Below, one piece after another: positions 20,964-30,074 of a stretch of 62,833 nucleotides of DNA (position 1 is its first letter; each line of letters begins with the position of its first letter). The DNA comes from Betaproteobacteria bacterium. Lineage in GTDB: Bacteria > Pseudomonadota > Gammaproteobacteria > Burkholderiales > SG8-39. Location of the stretch: positions 1 through 62,833 of the forward strand of contig CANIIA010000005.1 in the NCBI GenBank assembly GCA_947467435.1. Reading direction: 5' to 3'. The position numbers were made by a program, and so were the translations under genes. The notes beneath the pieces are model-generated. The model saw nothing but the letters and a program-made list of their open reading frames with translations. It did not search any database and had not been told where the DNA came from.

Positions 20964-22568
20964 ATGAAGCAATCTAATTGGGTTCAACGCACAGGGTTGG
21001 CTTTGCTGTGCATGGCACTGTCATTGCCCTTGGCCGTCAACGCGCAAACCACTCTGCGCATCGGCATGACCGCTGCAGATATTCCAGCCACCACCAGCCA
21101 ACCCGACAGCGGCTTTGAAGGCAACCGCTTTACCGGCCTGACCCTCTTCGATGCACTAACGATGTGGGATCTTTCTTCGGCAGAAAAAGCTAGCACCATC
21201 ATTCCGGGCCTGGCTGAGAGCTGGGTGGTCGATGCCAAAGATAAAACTAAATGGGTCTTTAAGTTGCGCAAAGGCGTGAAGTTCCACGATGGCAGCGACT
21301 TCAATGCAGACGCGGTGATCTTTAACTTTGAAAAAGTCCTGGCTAAAGACAAGCCGCATTACGATGCGCGCTTAGTTGCACAGACCTTGCCGCGGATGCC
21401 GACGCTTAAAGGCGCCAGCAAAATCGACGACTACACCGTCAGCATTGAAACCTCCGAACCGGATGCGTTTTTACCAATTAACCTGAGCAATTTGTTCATG
21501 GCCAGCCCCACGGCTTGGGCCAAGACCAAAAGCTGGACGGAGTTCGCGAAGGCCCCGGTGGGCAGCGGCCCATGGAAATTTGTCCGCTTGGTGCCGCGCG
21601 AACGCTTAGAGCTTGAAAAAAACGCCGCGTACTGGAACAAAGCGCGCGTGCCTAAGACCGATCGCCTGACGCTGCTGCCGATGCCAGAGGCCAACACCCG
21701 CGTTGCCGCATTACTTTCTGGGCAAGTCGATTGGATCGAAGCACCGCCCGCAGATGCGATTCCGCAATTGCGCACCAAAGGCTTTCAAATCACCAACAAC
21801 CCCTATCCACACACTTGGCCCTGGCAGTTGAATGTCTTGCCTGGTTCGCCACTGGCCGATAAACGTGTGCGCCAAGCGCTGCAATTAGCCGTCGATCGCG
21901 ATGGATTACGCCGCGTCTTAGGCTTTAATGCCATTCCGGCAAAAGGCGTGGTGTTTGAAGGCCATCCTTGGTTTGGTCAACCCAAGTTGAATGTGAAGTA
22001 CGACAAAGCCGCCGCACAAAAACTATTGGCTGAAGCCGGTTACGGTCCAGGCAAGCCGCTGAAAATCAAAGTACAGATTTCAGCTTCTGGCTCGGGTCAG
22101 ATGCAACCCATCGCAATGAACGAATATATCCAGCAGCAACTCAAAGAAGTCGGCGTGGATGTTGAGTTTGATGTGATCGTTTGGGAAACCTTGTTCAACA
22201 ACTGGCGTCTCGGTGCCAAGGACCCTGCGGCACGCGGCGCACACGCCATCAACGTGTCGTTTGCTTGGCAAGATCCGTTCTTTGGTTTTGCTCGCTTCTA
22301 CGATAGCCGCATGGTGGCACCACGCTCGGTCAATTGGGGCTGGGTGCAAAATCCTGAGCTCGACAAGTTGGTCGCCAATGCACGCGGATCGTTTGATGCA
22401 AAAGCACGTGACGCGGCCATTGCGAAGTTACACGAGCGCGTTGTGGATGAGTCGTACTTCTTGTTTTGGGTACATGACACCGGACCTCGCGCCATGAGCC
22501 CGAAAGTCAAAGGCTTTGTACAAGCCAAGAATTGGTTCCAAGACTTCTCGACCATCAGCATGCAATAA
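20964..22568 (+). CDS. Peptide/nickel-type ABC transporter substrate-binding protein
   Basis: Signal peptide, LRKGVKFHDGS, PVGSGPWKF. GGGAG RBS precedes MKQSNW. Confidence 0.93.
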   Translation: MKQSNWVQRTGLALLCMALSLPLAVNAQTTLRIGMTAADIPATTSQPDSGFEGNRFTGLTLFDALTMWDLSSAEKASTIIPGLAESWVVDAKDKTKWVFKLRKGVKFHDGSDFNADAVIFNFEKVLAKDKPHYDARLVAQTLPRMPTLKGASKIDDYTVSIETSEPDAFLPINLSNLFMASPTAWAKTKSWTEFAKAPVGSGPWKFVRLVPRERLELEKNAAYWNKARVPKTDRLTLLPMPEANTRVAALLSGQVDWIEAPPADAIPQLRTKGFQITNNPYPHTWPWQLNVLPGSPLADKRVRQALQLAVDRDGLRRVLGFNAIPAKGVVFEGHPWFGQPKLNVKYDKAAAQKLLAEAGYGPGKPLKIKVQISASGSGQMQPIAMNEYIQQQLKEVGVDVEFDVIVWETLFNNWRLGAKDPAARGAHAINVSFAWQDPFFGFARFYDSRMVAPRSVNWGWVQNPELDKLVANARGSFDAKARDAAIAKLHERVVDESYFLFWVHDTGPRAMSPKVKGFVQAKNWFQDFSTISMQ

Positions 22569-22584
22569 ACCGTTGTTCGTCATC

Positions 22585-22612
22585 CACGCGGCGTGAAGCT
22601 TCGCGCCGCGTG
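22585..22612 (+). terminator. Intergenic hairpin after the binding-protein gene (mRNA stabiliser or partial terminator)
   Basis: CACGCGGCG...CGCCGCGTG stem followed by a T-rich tail. Confidence 0.5.
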
Positions 22613-22632
22613 TTGGCTTTTCTAGGTTTGCT

Positions 22633-23580
22633 ATGTTTTTTTATTTCATCAAACGCCTGTTTCTGGTGATCCCGATTGCGATTTCGGTGACCGTCGTTTG
22701 TTTTTCGTTGGTATATCTCGCCCCCGGTGATCCGCTCTCTGCGATCCTGCCCTCGGATGCGTCGCAAGAACTCATCGACCGTTTGAAGCAAGAATACGGT
22801 CTCGATAAACCGATCCCGGTGCAATACGCCATCTGGCTTGGCAAAGCAGTGCAGGGCGACCTAGGTACCTCGATTGCCACTGGTCGTCCCGTGACTTCAG
22901 AACTGGGGCGCGCAATTTCAAATACGCTCATTCTTGCGTTGTTTGGTTCATTGATTGGATTTTCACTGGGCGTGATTTTTGGCACCGTCGCCGGTTATCG
23001 CCAAGGCACTTGGTTAGACAAATGCGTCACTGCAGTTGCGGTTGCTGGCGTTTCGGTACCGCATTATTGGCTGGGTATGGTGTTGGTGATTCTGTTCTCG
23101 GTGACTTGGAATGTCTTACCTGCAATGGGCGCTGGACCCGGTGGTGATTGGGTCTGGGATCTAGAGCACTTACAACACGTGGTGTTACCTGCCATCACCA
23201 TTTCAGTGATTCCAACCGCGATCGTCACGCGTACGGTTCGTGCATTGGTGGCCGATATTCTTGGTCGTGAATTTGTCACCGCATTACGCGCCAAAGGACT
23301 CACCGATTTTGGGGTGTTTTGGCACGTGGTCAAAAACGCAGCGCCCACTTCATTGGCCGTGATGGGCGTGCAACTCGGGTATTTGATGGGCGGCTCGATT
23401 TTGGTTGAAACCGTGTTCTCTTGGCCGGGCTCAGGATTTTTATTAAACACGGCAATTTTTCAACGCGACATTCCTTTGCTTCAAGGCACCATCTTGGTAC
23501 TCGCGCTGTTTTTTGTCACACTCAATTTAGTGGTCGACTTGGTACAAACCGGGATCGATCCACGCATTCGTCGCGCATGA
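22633..23580 (+). CDS. Peptide ABC transporter permease (DppB-like)
   Basis: APGDP, GLDKP, GDLGTS, ALRAKGL, VETVFSWPG. Confidence 0.93.
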   Translation: MFFYFIKRLFLVIPIAISVTVVCFSLVYLAPGDPLSAILPSDASQELIDRLKQEYGLDKPIPVQYAIWLGKAVQGDLGTSIATGRPVTSELGRAISNTLILALFGSLIGFSLGVIFGTVAGYRQGTWLDKCVTAVAVAGVSVPHYWLGMVLVILFSVTWNVLPAMGAGPGGDWVWDLEHLQHVVLPAITISVIPTAIVTRTVRALVADILGREFVTALRAKGLTDFGVFWHVVKNAAPTSLAVMGVQLGYLMGGSILVETVFSWPGSGFLLNTAIFQRDIPLLQGTILVLALFFVTLNLVVDLVQTGIDPRIRRA

Positions 23581-24461
23581 ATCAAACCGCCCCCAGCGCC
23601 GAAGTTGTTGCTGCTGCCACCGCGCGTGGTTATTGGTCCACTGTGCTGGCGCGTTTGTCGCGAGACAAACTCACTGTGACTTGCGCGCTCATCTTGCTCG
23701 GTGTGTTGCTGATGGCGATCTGCGCCCCGCTACTAGCGCCGTACGACCCATTTAAAGGTTCGATTTTAAAACGCCTGTTGCCCATCGGCAGCCCAGGTTA
23801 TTTTCTAGGCACCGATGAACTCGGGCGCGACATGCTCTCGCGGTTAATTTTTGGCGCGCGTTTGTCACTGGTGATGGGTATTGCACCTGTACTTAATGCA
23901 TTAGTTATTGGCGCAACGCTCGGTGTGATTGCCGGATTCTTGGGTGGGCGCATCAACACACTCATCATGCGTACCATCGATGTGTTTTACGCCTTTCCTT
24001 CGGTGCTGCTGGCGGTGGCGATTTCCGGGGCGCTGGGTGCAGGTATTTTTAACGCCATGGTGGCGCTCACCATTGTATTTATTCCGCCGATTGCGCGCGT
24101 GACTGAATCCGTGACCACCCAAGTGCGCGGACTAGATTTTGTCGAAGCCGCGCGCGCCTCCGGCGCAAATAACTTCACGCTGATTCGCGTGCATGTCTTG
24201 GGGAACGTGTTGGGTCCGGTGTTTATCTATGCCACCAGTTTGATTTCCGTGTCGATGATTCTTGCCTCTGGCTTGTCGTTTTTGGGTCTAGGTACTAAAC
24301 CACCAGAGCCGGAGTGGGGCTTGATGCTGAACACCTTGCGTACGGCGATCTATCTCAATCCTGGCGTGGCTGCGTTACCTGGCGCGATGATTTTTATGGT
24401 TTCGATTTGCTTTAACTTGATGTCCGATGGATTACGCGCCGCGATGGATGTCACGCAATGA
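23577..24461 (+). CDS. Peptide ABC transporter permease (DppC-like)
   Basis: LGTDELGRD, EAARASGA, LSFLGLG, PEWG. ATGA overlap with the upstream permease. Confidence 0.93.
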   Translation: MNQTAPSAEVVAAATARGYWSTVLARLSRDKLTVTCALILLGVLLMAICAPLLAPYDPFKGSILKRLLPIGSPGYFLGTDELGRDMLSRLIFGARLSLVMGIAPVLNALVIGATLGVIAGFLGGRINTLIMRTIDVFYAFPSVLLAVAISGALGAGIFNAMVALTIVFIPPIARVTESVTTQVRGLDFVEAARASGANNFTLIRVHVLGNVLGPVFIYATSLISVSMILASGLSFLGLGTKPPEPEWGLMLNTLRTAIYLNPGVAALPGAMIFMVSICFNLMSDGLRAAMDVTQ

Positions 24462-25495
24462 GCACCACACCACGCGCCTTGCTCGAGGTTCGCGAGCTTC
24501 GTAAACATTTTGGTCTAAAGAGCGGCATTTTTTCAAAAGGTGCCGGCACCGTGCACGCGGTGGATGATGTGTCTTTTTCAGTGCAAGCAGGCGAAACGCT
24601 TGGCATTGTGGGTGAATCGGGTTGCGGAAAATCCACCACCGCACGCTTACTCATGCGACTCATCGAACCCGATGCAGGACGCGTGCTGCTGGATGGACGC
24701 GGCATTGGTGAGCCTGGCGCACAAGGCCTCAGCGTGCGCGATGCACGGCGACAAATGCAGATGGTGTTTCAGGACTCATTTGCCTCGCTGAATCCACGAC
24801 TGACCATTGAAGATTCGATTGCGTTTGCTCCAATCGTGCACGGGTTGTCATCGCGCCAAGCCAAATCACGTGCACGCGATTTACTCGCCAAGGTTGGACT
24901 GGCACCAGAGCGATTTGCCGCACGATATCCACACGAATTATCTGGTGGGCAACGTCAACGCATTAACATTGCCCGTGCACTAGCGCTTGAGCCAAAGATT
25001 GTGATTCTCGACGAAGCGGTATCAGCGTTAGATAAATCCGTCGAGGCCCAAGTCTTAAATCTTTTACTCGATCTTAAAACTGAACTTGGTCTGACTTATC
25101 TTTTTATTTCGCACGATCTCAATGTGGTGCGCTACATGAGCGATCGCGTGATGGTGATGTATTTAGGTAAGGTCGCTGAGATTGGCCCGGTTGATGCGAT
25201 TTATGGACGCACGGCGCATCCTTACACTAGCGCACTCTTGTCGGCGATGCCCTCCATGGATCCTGCGCGACGCACGCAACAGCCTCCCCTCATTGGCGAT
25301 CCACCGAGTCCAATCGATCCACCACCTGGTTGTCGTTTTCGTACACGCTGCCCGTATGCCGAAGATGTCTGTGGTGAACGCGACCCGGTGTTAGCTGCTG
25401 AAGGTGGTGGACACTACGTCGCCTGTCAGATGAAAAAAGCTGGTTCTGGGCATAGCGCCGCACCAGCGCCAATCGCGTCACCGCCACCCCTCTAG
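24458..25495 (+). CDS. Peptide ABC transporter ATP-binding protein (DppF-like)
   Basis: GESGCGKST, LSGGQRQR, HPYT, CRFRTRCP. Confidence 0.93.
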   Translation: MSTTPRALLEVRELRKHFGLKSGIFSKGAGTVHAVDDVSFSVQAGETLGIVGESGCGKSTTARLLMRLIEPDAGRVLLDGRGIGEPGAQGLSVRDARRQMQMVFQDSFASLNPRLTIEDSIAFAPIVHGLSSRQAKSRARDLLAKVGLAPERFAARYPHELSGGQRQRINIARALALEPKIVILDEAVSALDKSVEAQVLNLLLDLKTELGLTYLFISHDLNVVRYMSDRVMVMYLGKVAEIGPVDAIYGRTAHPYTSALLSAMPSMDPARRTQQPPLIGDPPSPIDPPPGCRFRTRCPYAEDVCGERDPVLAAEGGGHYVACQMKKAGSGHSAAPAPIASPPPL

Positions 25496-25548
25496 TCATC
25501 ACAGACTCACCCCTCAATCGCACCACACTCCGCGTAAGGACTTCACAC

Positions 25549-25746
25549 ATGAGCGAAAAATTTCAAGCGCAATCGGCCACTGCGCTATTGGCGTTGATCG
25601 GCGTCAATCTTGAACCCACACGCGCTTCTGCGGCAGCCAACACGATCAGTGCGCAAGTTGCTGGCGCACGGCCTGCATTTAATGCGCTGCCCTTTGAAGC
25701 AGAGCCCGCCGATTATTTAAAAATCTGTGCCGCGGAGACCAAATGA
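25549..25746 (+). CDS. Small amidase-associated protein (AtzG/HpxX/GatC-like)
   Basis: 65 aa with an AAGGA RBS; helical ALLALIGVNL...LPFEAEPA; stop overlaps the amidase start (ATGA). Family assignment is inferred. Confidence 0.6.
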   Translation: MSEKFQAQSATALLALIGVNLEPTRASAAANTISAQVAGARPAFNALPFEAEPADYLKICAAETK

Positions 25747-27161
25747 ACGCCGACGCGATTCTTCAACTCAGCGCCGCCGAATTAGCGCGTGCCATTCGTG
25801 CCAAAAAAACGACGGCGCTGGCGGCCATGCAAGCCGTGCTTGCGCGCGCGGATGCCGTACAACAACCGCTAAATTGTTTCATTCACATCGACCACGACAA
25901 CGCGCTACACGCCGCGCGTCTCGCGGATGCTGACTTAGCACGTGGCCACCTTCGCGGTCCGCTGCACGGCGTACCCATGGCGCACAAAGATATGTATTAC
26001 CGCCAAGGCGTGGCGTCCTCTTGCGGTTCAAAAATTAAACGTGATATCCCTGCGCCAAGTACCGCAACTGCACTACAACGACTCGATGCGGCCGGAGCGA
26101 TTCAATTTGGCGTACTCAATATGGCCGAGTTTGCTTACGGTCCCACCGGTCACAACTATCATTTTGGTCATTGCCGTAATCCATGGGATGTCACGCGCAT
26201 CACCGGCGGATCTTCTTCTGGCTCCGGTTCAGCGGTGGCTGCACTCGCAAGTTTTGCAGCCTTGGGTTCTGACACGGGCGGATCGATTCGTGCACCGGCC
26301 ACGTTTTGCGGCGTCAGCGGAATTAAACCGACATGGAGTCGTGTATCGCGTCACGGCGCCATGCCACTGTCTTTTTCAATGGACACCGTCGGTCCGCTTG
26401 CACGCAGCGTTGAAGACTGTGCATTGATTCTTGGTGTAATTGCGGGCGCTGATGCGGCCGACCCCACTGCGAGCACAGAAACGGTTCCAGACTACGTGGG
26501 ACGACTCACGCGCGCGCAGATCAAAGGCTTGCGAATTGGTCGGCCAAAGAATTTTTTCTACGATGACATGGATGCAGAAATCGGCGCGTTGATGCAATCG
26601 AGTTTAGATGCCTTTGCCAAACTCGGCGCGCAGATTGTTGATGTGCAACTGCCCGATATGAATCCATGGAACTACGCGGGCATGATGGTGATTGCTGCGG
26701 AGGCGGCTGCCGCACACGCCAATTGGTTACGCAACTGCCCACAAGATTATTCTGAGCAAGTACGCGCCCGACTTGAACTGGGCTTAAGCGTACCAGCGGT
26801 CACCTATCTTGAAAGCCTGCGTTTGCGTGGTGTTGCTGTCGAACAATTTTCCCGCGCGGTGTTTGATCACGTCGATCTCCTGCATACGCCCTCGGTGTGT
26901 TTCCAAACCCCGACCATCGATGAAACCGATGTCGGTGGAAGCACCAACATGTCGCATGCACTCAACAACATCACGCGCCTCACACGCCCGATTAACTACT
27001 TGGGTTTACCCAGTTTGAGTGTACCTGCCGGATTCACCAAACAAGGGCTACCCACAGCGATGCAACTCATCGGTCGACCATTTGATGAAGCAACTCTCTT
27101 TGTTGCCGGCCATGCTTATCAGCAAACCACCGATTGGCATCGTCGTCATCCAACCCTCTGA
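25743..27161 (+). CDS. Amidase signature family protein (GatA/AtzE-like)
   Basis: GPLHGVPMAHKD, GGSSSGS, GSDTGGSIR (Ser-cisSer-Lys triad). Confidence 0.92.
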   Translation: MNADAILQLSAAELARAIRAKKTTALAAMQAVLARADAVQQPLNCFIHIDHDNALHAARLADADLARGHLRGPLHGVPMAHKDMYYRQGVASSCGSKIKRDIPAPSTATALQRLDAAGAIQFGVLNMAEFAYGPTGHNYHFGHCRNPWDVTRITGGSSSGSGSAVAALASFAALGSDTGGSIRAPATFCGVSGIKPTWSRVSRHGAMPLSFSMDTVGPLARSVEDCALILGVIAGADAADPTASTETVPDYVGRLTRAQIKGLRIGRPKNFFYDDMDAEIGALMQSSLDAFAKLGAQIVDVQLPDMNPWNYAGMMVIAAEAAAAHANWLRNCPQDYSEQVRARLELGLSVPAVTYLESLRLRGVAVEQFSRAVFDHVDLLHTPSVCFQTPTIDETDVGGSTNMSHALNNITRLTRPINYLGLPSLSVPAGFTKQGLPTAMQLIGRPFDEATLFVAGHAYQQTTDWHRRHPTL

Positions 27162-27178
27162 GCGAAAAATCATCCGCC

Positions 27179-28165
27179 ATGACGGCACCTCTTGTACGCG
27201 TCAATAATTTAACGGTCGCATTTACTGCGGGCGGTGGGAGCGGCGCAACCGCCGCAAGACCCGTTCGTGCAGTCAATGGTGTGGACTTTGCATTAGCGCC
27301 AGGCGAAGTGCTCGGGGTGTTAGGTGAATCGGGTAGCGGTAAGAGTGTGACCTTACGTGCGCTGCTACGTATTCTTCCGAAAGCACGTACACAAATCAGC
27401 GGCAGCATCGAAGTCGATGGCCGCGATGTACTCGCCATGGATGAATCAGCACTTGAAAATTATCGCGGCGCTGTCGTATCGATGATTTTTCAAGAACCGA
27501 TGCTCGCGTTTGACCCGGTGTTTACGGTGGGCGAACAAATTGCTGAATCTGTCGTGCGCCATCGAAAAGTGAGCCGCTCGGTGGCGCGACAACGTGCGCT
27601 CGACATGCTAGAGCGGGTGCAAATTCCCAATGCCCGTCGGCGTCTCGATGCGTATCCGCATGAAATGTCGGGTGGTATGCGTCAGCGTGCAATGATTGCG
27701 TTAGCGTTGGCATGCGAGCCGAAATTATTACTTGCCGATGAACCCACCACCGCGCTAGACGCTACCGTACAAATTCAAATCTTGTTGTTATTGCGCGAAC
27801 TGCAACGCGATATGGGCATGTCGGTCATTTTTGTGACGCACGACGTGGGTGTGGCTTGTGAAGTTGCGGATCGCATTGGCGTGATGTACGCCGGGCGGAT
27901 GGTTGAAACCGGTCGCGTGGCCGATGTCATGCTCCAACCACAACACCCTTACACCATGGGGCTATTGTCTTCGACGATTCACGGACAACAACGCGGCACA
28001 CGCATCGAAGCGATTCCGGGCGCGCCGCCTGATTTAGCCAACCTGCCCACCGGATGTAGCTTTGCGCCACGATGCAAGCATGTGCAAGCGGCGTGTCTGA
28101 CTGAACCACCGCAAGCACGTGCTTTTGCTGACGGACGCATGGTCCGTTGCATTCGTCCCGTTTAA
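27179..28165 (+). CDS. Peptide ABC transporter ATP-binding protein (DppD-like)
   Basis: GESGSGKS, MSGGMRQR, ADEPTTALD, CSFAPRC. Confidence 0.93.
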   Translation: MTAPLVRVNNLTVAFTAGGGSGATAARPVRAVNGVDFALAPGEVLGVLGESGSGKSVTLRALLRILPKARTQISGSIEVDGRDVLAMDESALENYRGAVVSMIFQEPMLAFDPVFTVGEQIAESVVRHRKVSRSVARQRALDMLERVQIPNARRRLDAYPHEMSGGMRQRAMIALALACEPKLLLADEPTTALDATVQIQILLLLRELQRDMGMSVIFVTHDVGVACEVADRIGVMYAGRMVETGRVADVMLQPQHPYTMGLLSSTIHGQQRGTRIEAIPGAPPDLANLPTGCSFAPRCKHVQAACLTEPPQARAFADGRMVRCIRPV

Positions 28166-29007
28166 GCGTGGCGTACGATTTTTTGTCGCTGCTGACCTAG
28201 TCCCTCGATCCCCAAGGTCACCACATCGCCCGGCTGCAACCAGACTGGATTGGGCTTCACACCCATGCCAACGCCCGGGGGCGTGCCGGTGGTGATGATG
28301 TCGCCAGGCAACAAGGTCATGTACTGGCTGACATAAGAAACGATGTGCGCGCACGAAAAAATCATGGTGCGCGTGTTTCCACTTTGCATGCGCTTACCGT
28401 TGAGGTCTAGCCACATATTGAGGTTTTGTGGATCTGTGATTTCATCGGTGGTGACTAACCATGGTCCAATCGGACCAAAAGTGTCATAGCCCTTGCCCTT
28501 ATCCCATTGCGATGACTGCATCTGGAACGCGCGCTCCGACACATCGTTCACCACACAATAACCCGCCACGTGATCGAGCGCCTGCGCTTCACTCACATGC
28601 TGCGCCTTGGTGCCAATAACAATACCGAGCTCCACCTCCCAATCCAGTTTGGTGGAGTGCGGCGGTTGGATGGTGTCATCGTCCGGACCGCAAATACTGC
28701 TGGTTGCTTTTAAAAAGACGATGGGCTCGGTTGGAATCGCCATCCCAGCTTCTTTCGCATGGTCCGAGTAGTTCAAGCCGATCGCCACGAACTTGGTGAT
28801 ACCCACATAGGGCACACCCATGCGATGCGACCCGGCGACAACCGGCAGCGTTTCGGGTTTGATCTTGCTGAGCATCGCCAAACCGCGGGGCGACAACTCA
28901 TTGGGTCCGATTTGCGGAATGATTTTCGACAAGTCGCGGACTTTTCCGTCGGCATCAATCATGCCGGGTTTTTCAAAACCATCTTTACCGTAGCGACAAA
29001 GTTTCAT
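28162..29007 (-). CDS. Fumarylacetoacetate hydrolase family protein (possible FAH-type ureidoglycolate lyase)
   Basis: IGLNYSDH, DWEVEL, NDVSER, GDIITTGTP. The specific activity is inferred from context only. Confidence 0.85.
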   Translation of the reverse strand: MKLCRYGKDGFEKPGMIDADGKVRDLSKIIPQIGPNELSPRGLAMLSKIKPETLPVVAGSHRMGVPYVGITKFVAIGLNYSDHAKEAGMAIPTEPIVFLKATSSICGPDDDTIQPPHSTKLDWEVELGIVIGTKAQHVSEAQALDHVAGYCVVNDVSERAFQMQSSQWDKGKGYDTFGPIGPWLVTTDEITDPQNLNMWLDLNGKRMQSGNTRTMIFSCAHIVSYVSQYMTLLPGDIITTGTPPGVGMGVKPNPVWLQPGDVVTLGIEGLGQQRQKIVRHA

Positions 29008-29070
29008 GATGCCTTTCTAGCTGAGTGAGCATGCGTCAAGACCAATACATTATAGCGTTGCCGCTCTGCA

Positions 29071-29249
29071 GCGATATGCTTGTACACAGATTGGTTCGCC
29101 TCGCGGTTCTAACGTTGCACTGCGACACCTACGCGCAGACTCGGTATCCATGAAGGTGATAGGGTAAGTGCCTTGACCGTCCGGATGCGCGACGATTAGA
29201 TTGCAGACGTGGTGACAAAATGTATCCAATCTGTACGATCAAGCATCGC
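29071..29249. repeat. Imperfect inverted repeat (about 24-bp arms) in the divergent promoter region
   Basis: GCGATATGCTTGTACACAGATTGG (29071-29094) and CCAATCTGTACGATCAAGCATCGC (29226-29249). Confidence 0.6.
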
Positions 29250-29286
29250 GACACGACAACGATTTCCTTTTTGAAGGCTAAGAAAG

Positions 29287-29964
29287 ATGTCTATGAACCC
29301 TGGATTTCAAATTTTTCCTTCTCCGGCTCGACCCGCCGCAGAACTTCTGCATGCGCTACAAGCGCTACCCACGGCGAACCTCAGCGACAACTTATCGCGT
29401 CACTACGGCGCGGGCGCAGCGCTGCGTCCATTTCATCGTGGCGCAAAGATGCTGGGTATGGCCTTCACCGTAAAAACGCGCTCGGGAGATAACTTGCTCG
29501 CACACAAGGCCATCGATATGGCCGCACCCGGCGATGTAATTTTGGTCGATGCGGGTGGTGCAATGGACCACGCCATCATTGGTGAAATCATGACCTCGCA
29601 CGCAGCGAAACGAGGCATTGCAGGCATGGTGATTGATGGTGCGATTCGCGATGCCGATGCCATCGCAGCGAGTGATTTTCCAGTTTATGCGCGCGGCATC
29701 ACGCATCGTGGCCCCTACAAAGACGGTCCGGGCGAAATTAACGTACCCATTTCGATTGTCGGTATGGTGGTGCAGCCAGGTGACATTATCGTTGGTGACA
29801 TCGACGGCATCGTCGCGATCCCGCAAGCAATTGCCAAACAAGTGATTGCCGCAACGCAAGCGCAGAGCGAAAAGGAAAACCAAATTCTCGCGCAAATTGC
29901 TGCGGGCACCATCGACCGTGGTTGGGTTGACCAGTTGCTCCGCGCGCGTGGCTGTCAGTTTTAA
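29287..29964 (+). CDS. RraA family protein (HMG/CHA aldolase-like)
   Basis: TANLSD, GDNL, GEIM, DGAIRD, GDIIVGDIDG. Confidence 0.88.
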   Translation: MSMNPGFQIFPSPARPAAELLHALQALPTANLSDNLSRHYGAGAALRPFHRGAKMLGMAFTVKTRSGDNLLAHKAIDMAAPGDVILVDAGGAMDHAIIGEIMTSHAAKRGIAGMVIDGAIRDADAIAASDFPVYARGITHRGPYKDGPGEINVPISIVGMVVQPGDIIVGDIDGIVAIPQAIAKQVIAATQAQSEKENQILAQIAAGTIDRGWVDQLLRARGCQF

Positions 29965-29994
29965 ATGTTATTGACTCGCATTGCGTCAACGCTA

Positions 29995-30012
29995 CAACGG
30001 CGTACGCCGTTG
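29995..30012. repeat. Perfect 18-bp palindrome CAACGGCGTACGCCGTTG
   Basis: Self-complementary, checked by hand. Confidence 0.7.
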
Positions 30013-30074
30013 GTCGTGCCGTGTGCTGCTGAGCCATCCTTCTCAGCACACCACGCACCTCACGGAGTTTGTCG

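Noticed and set aside
25743..27161. Amidase and small ORF as gatCA
   Set aside because: There is no gatB, and the transporter-operon context indicates a catabolic amidase.
29071..29249. Possible 6S RNA, given the roughly 180-nt rod
   Set aside because: It lacks the conserved 6S sequence blocks on either strand and the usual zapA/ygfA context. Kept only as an unexplained element.
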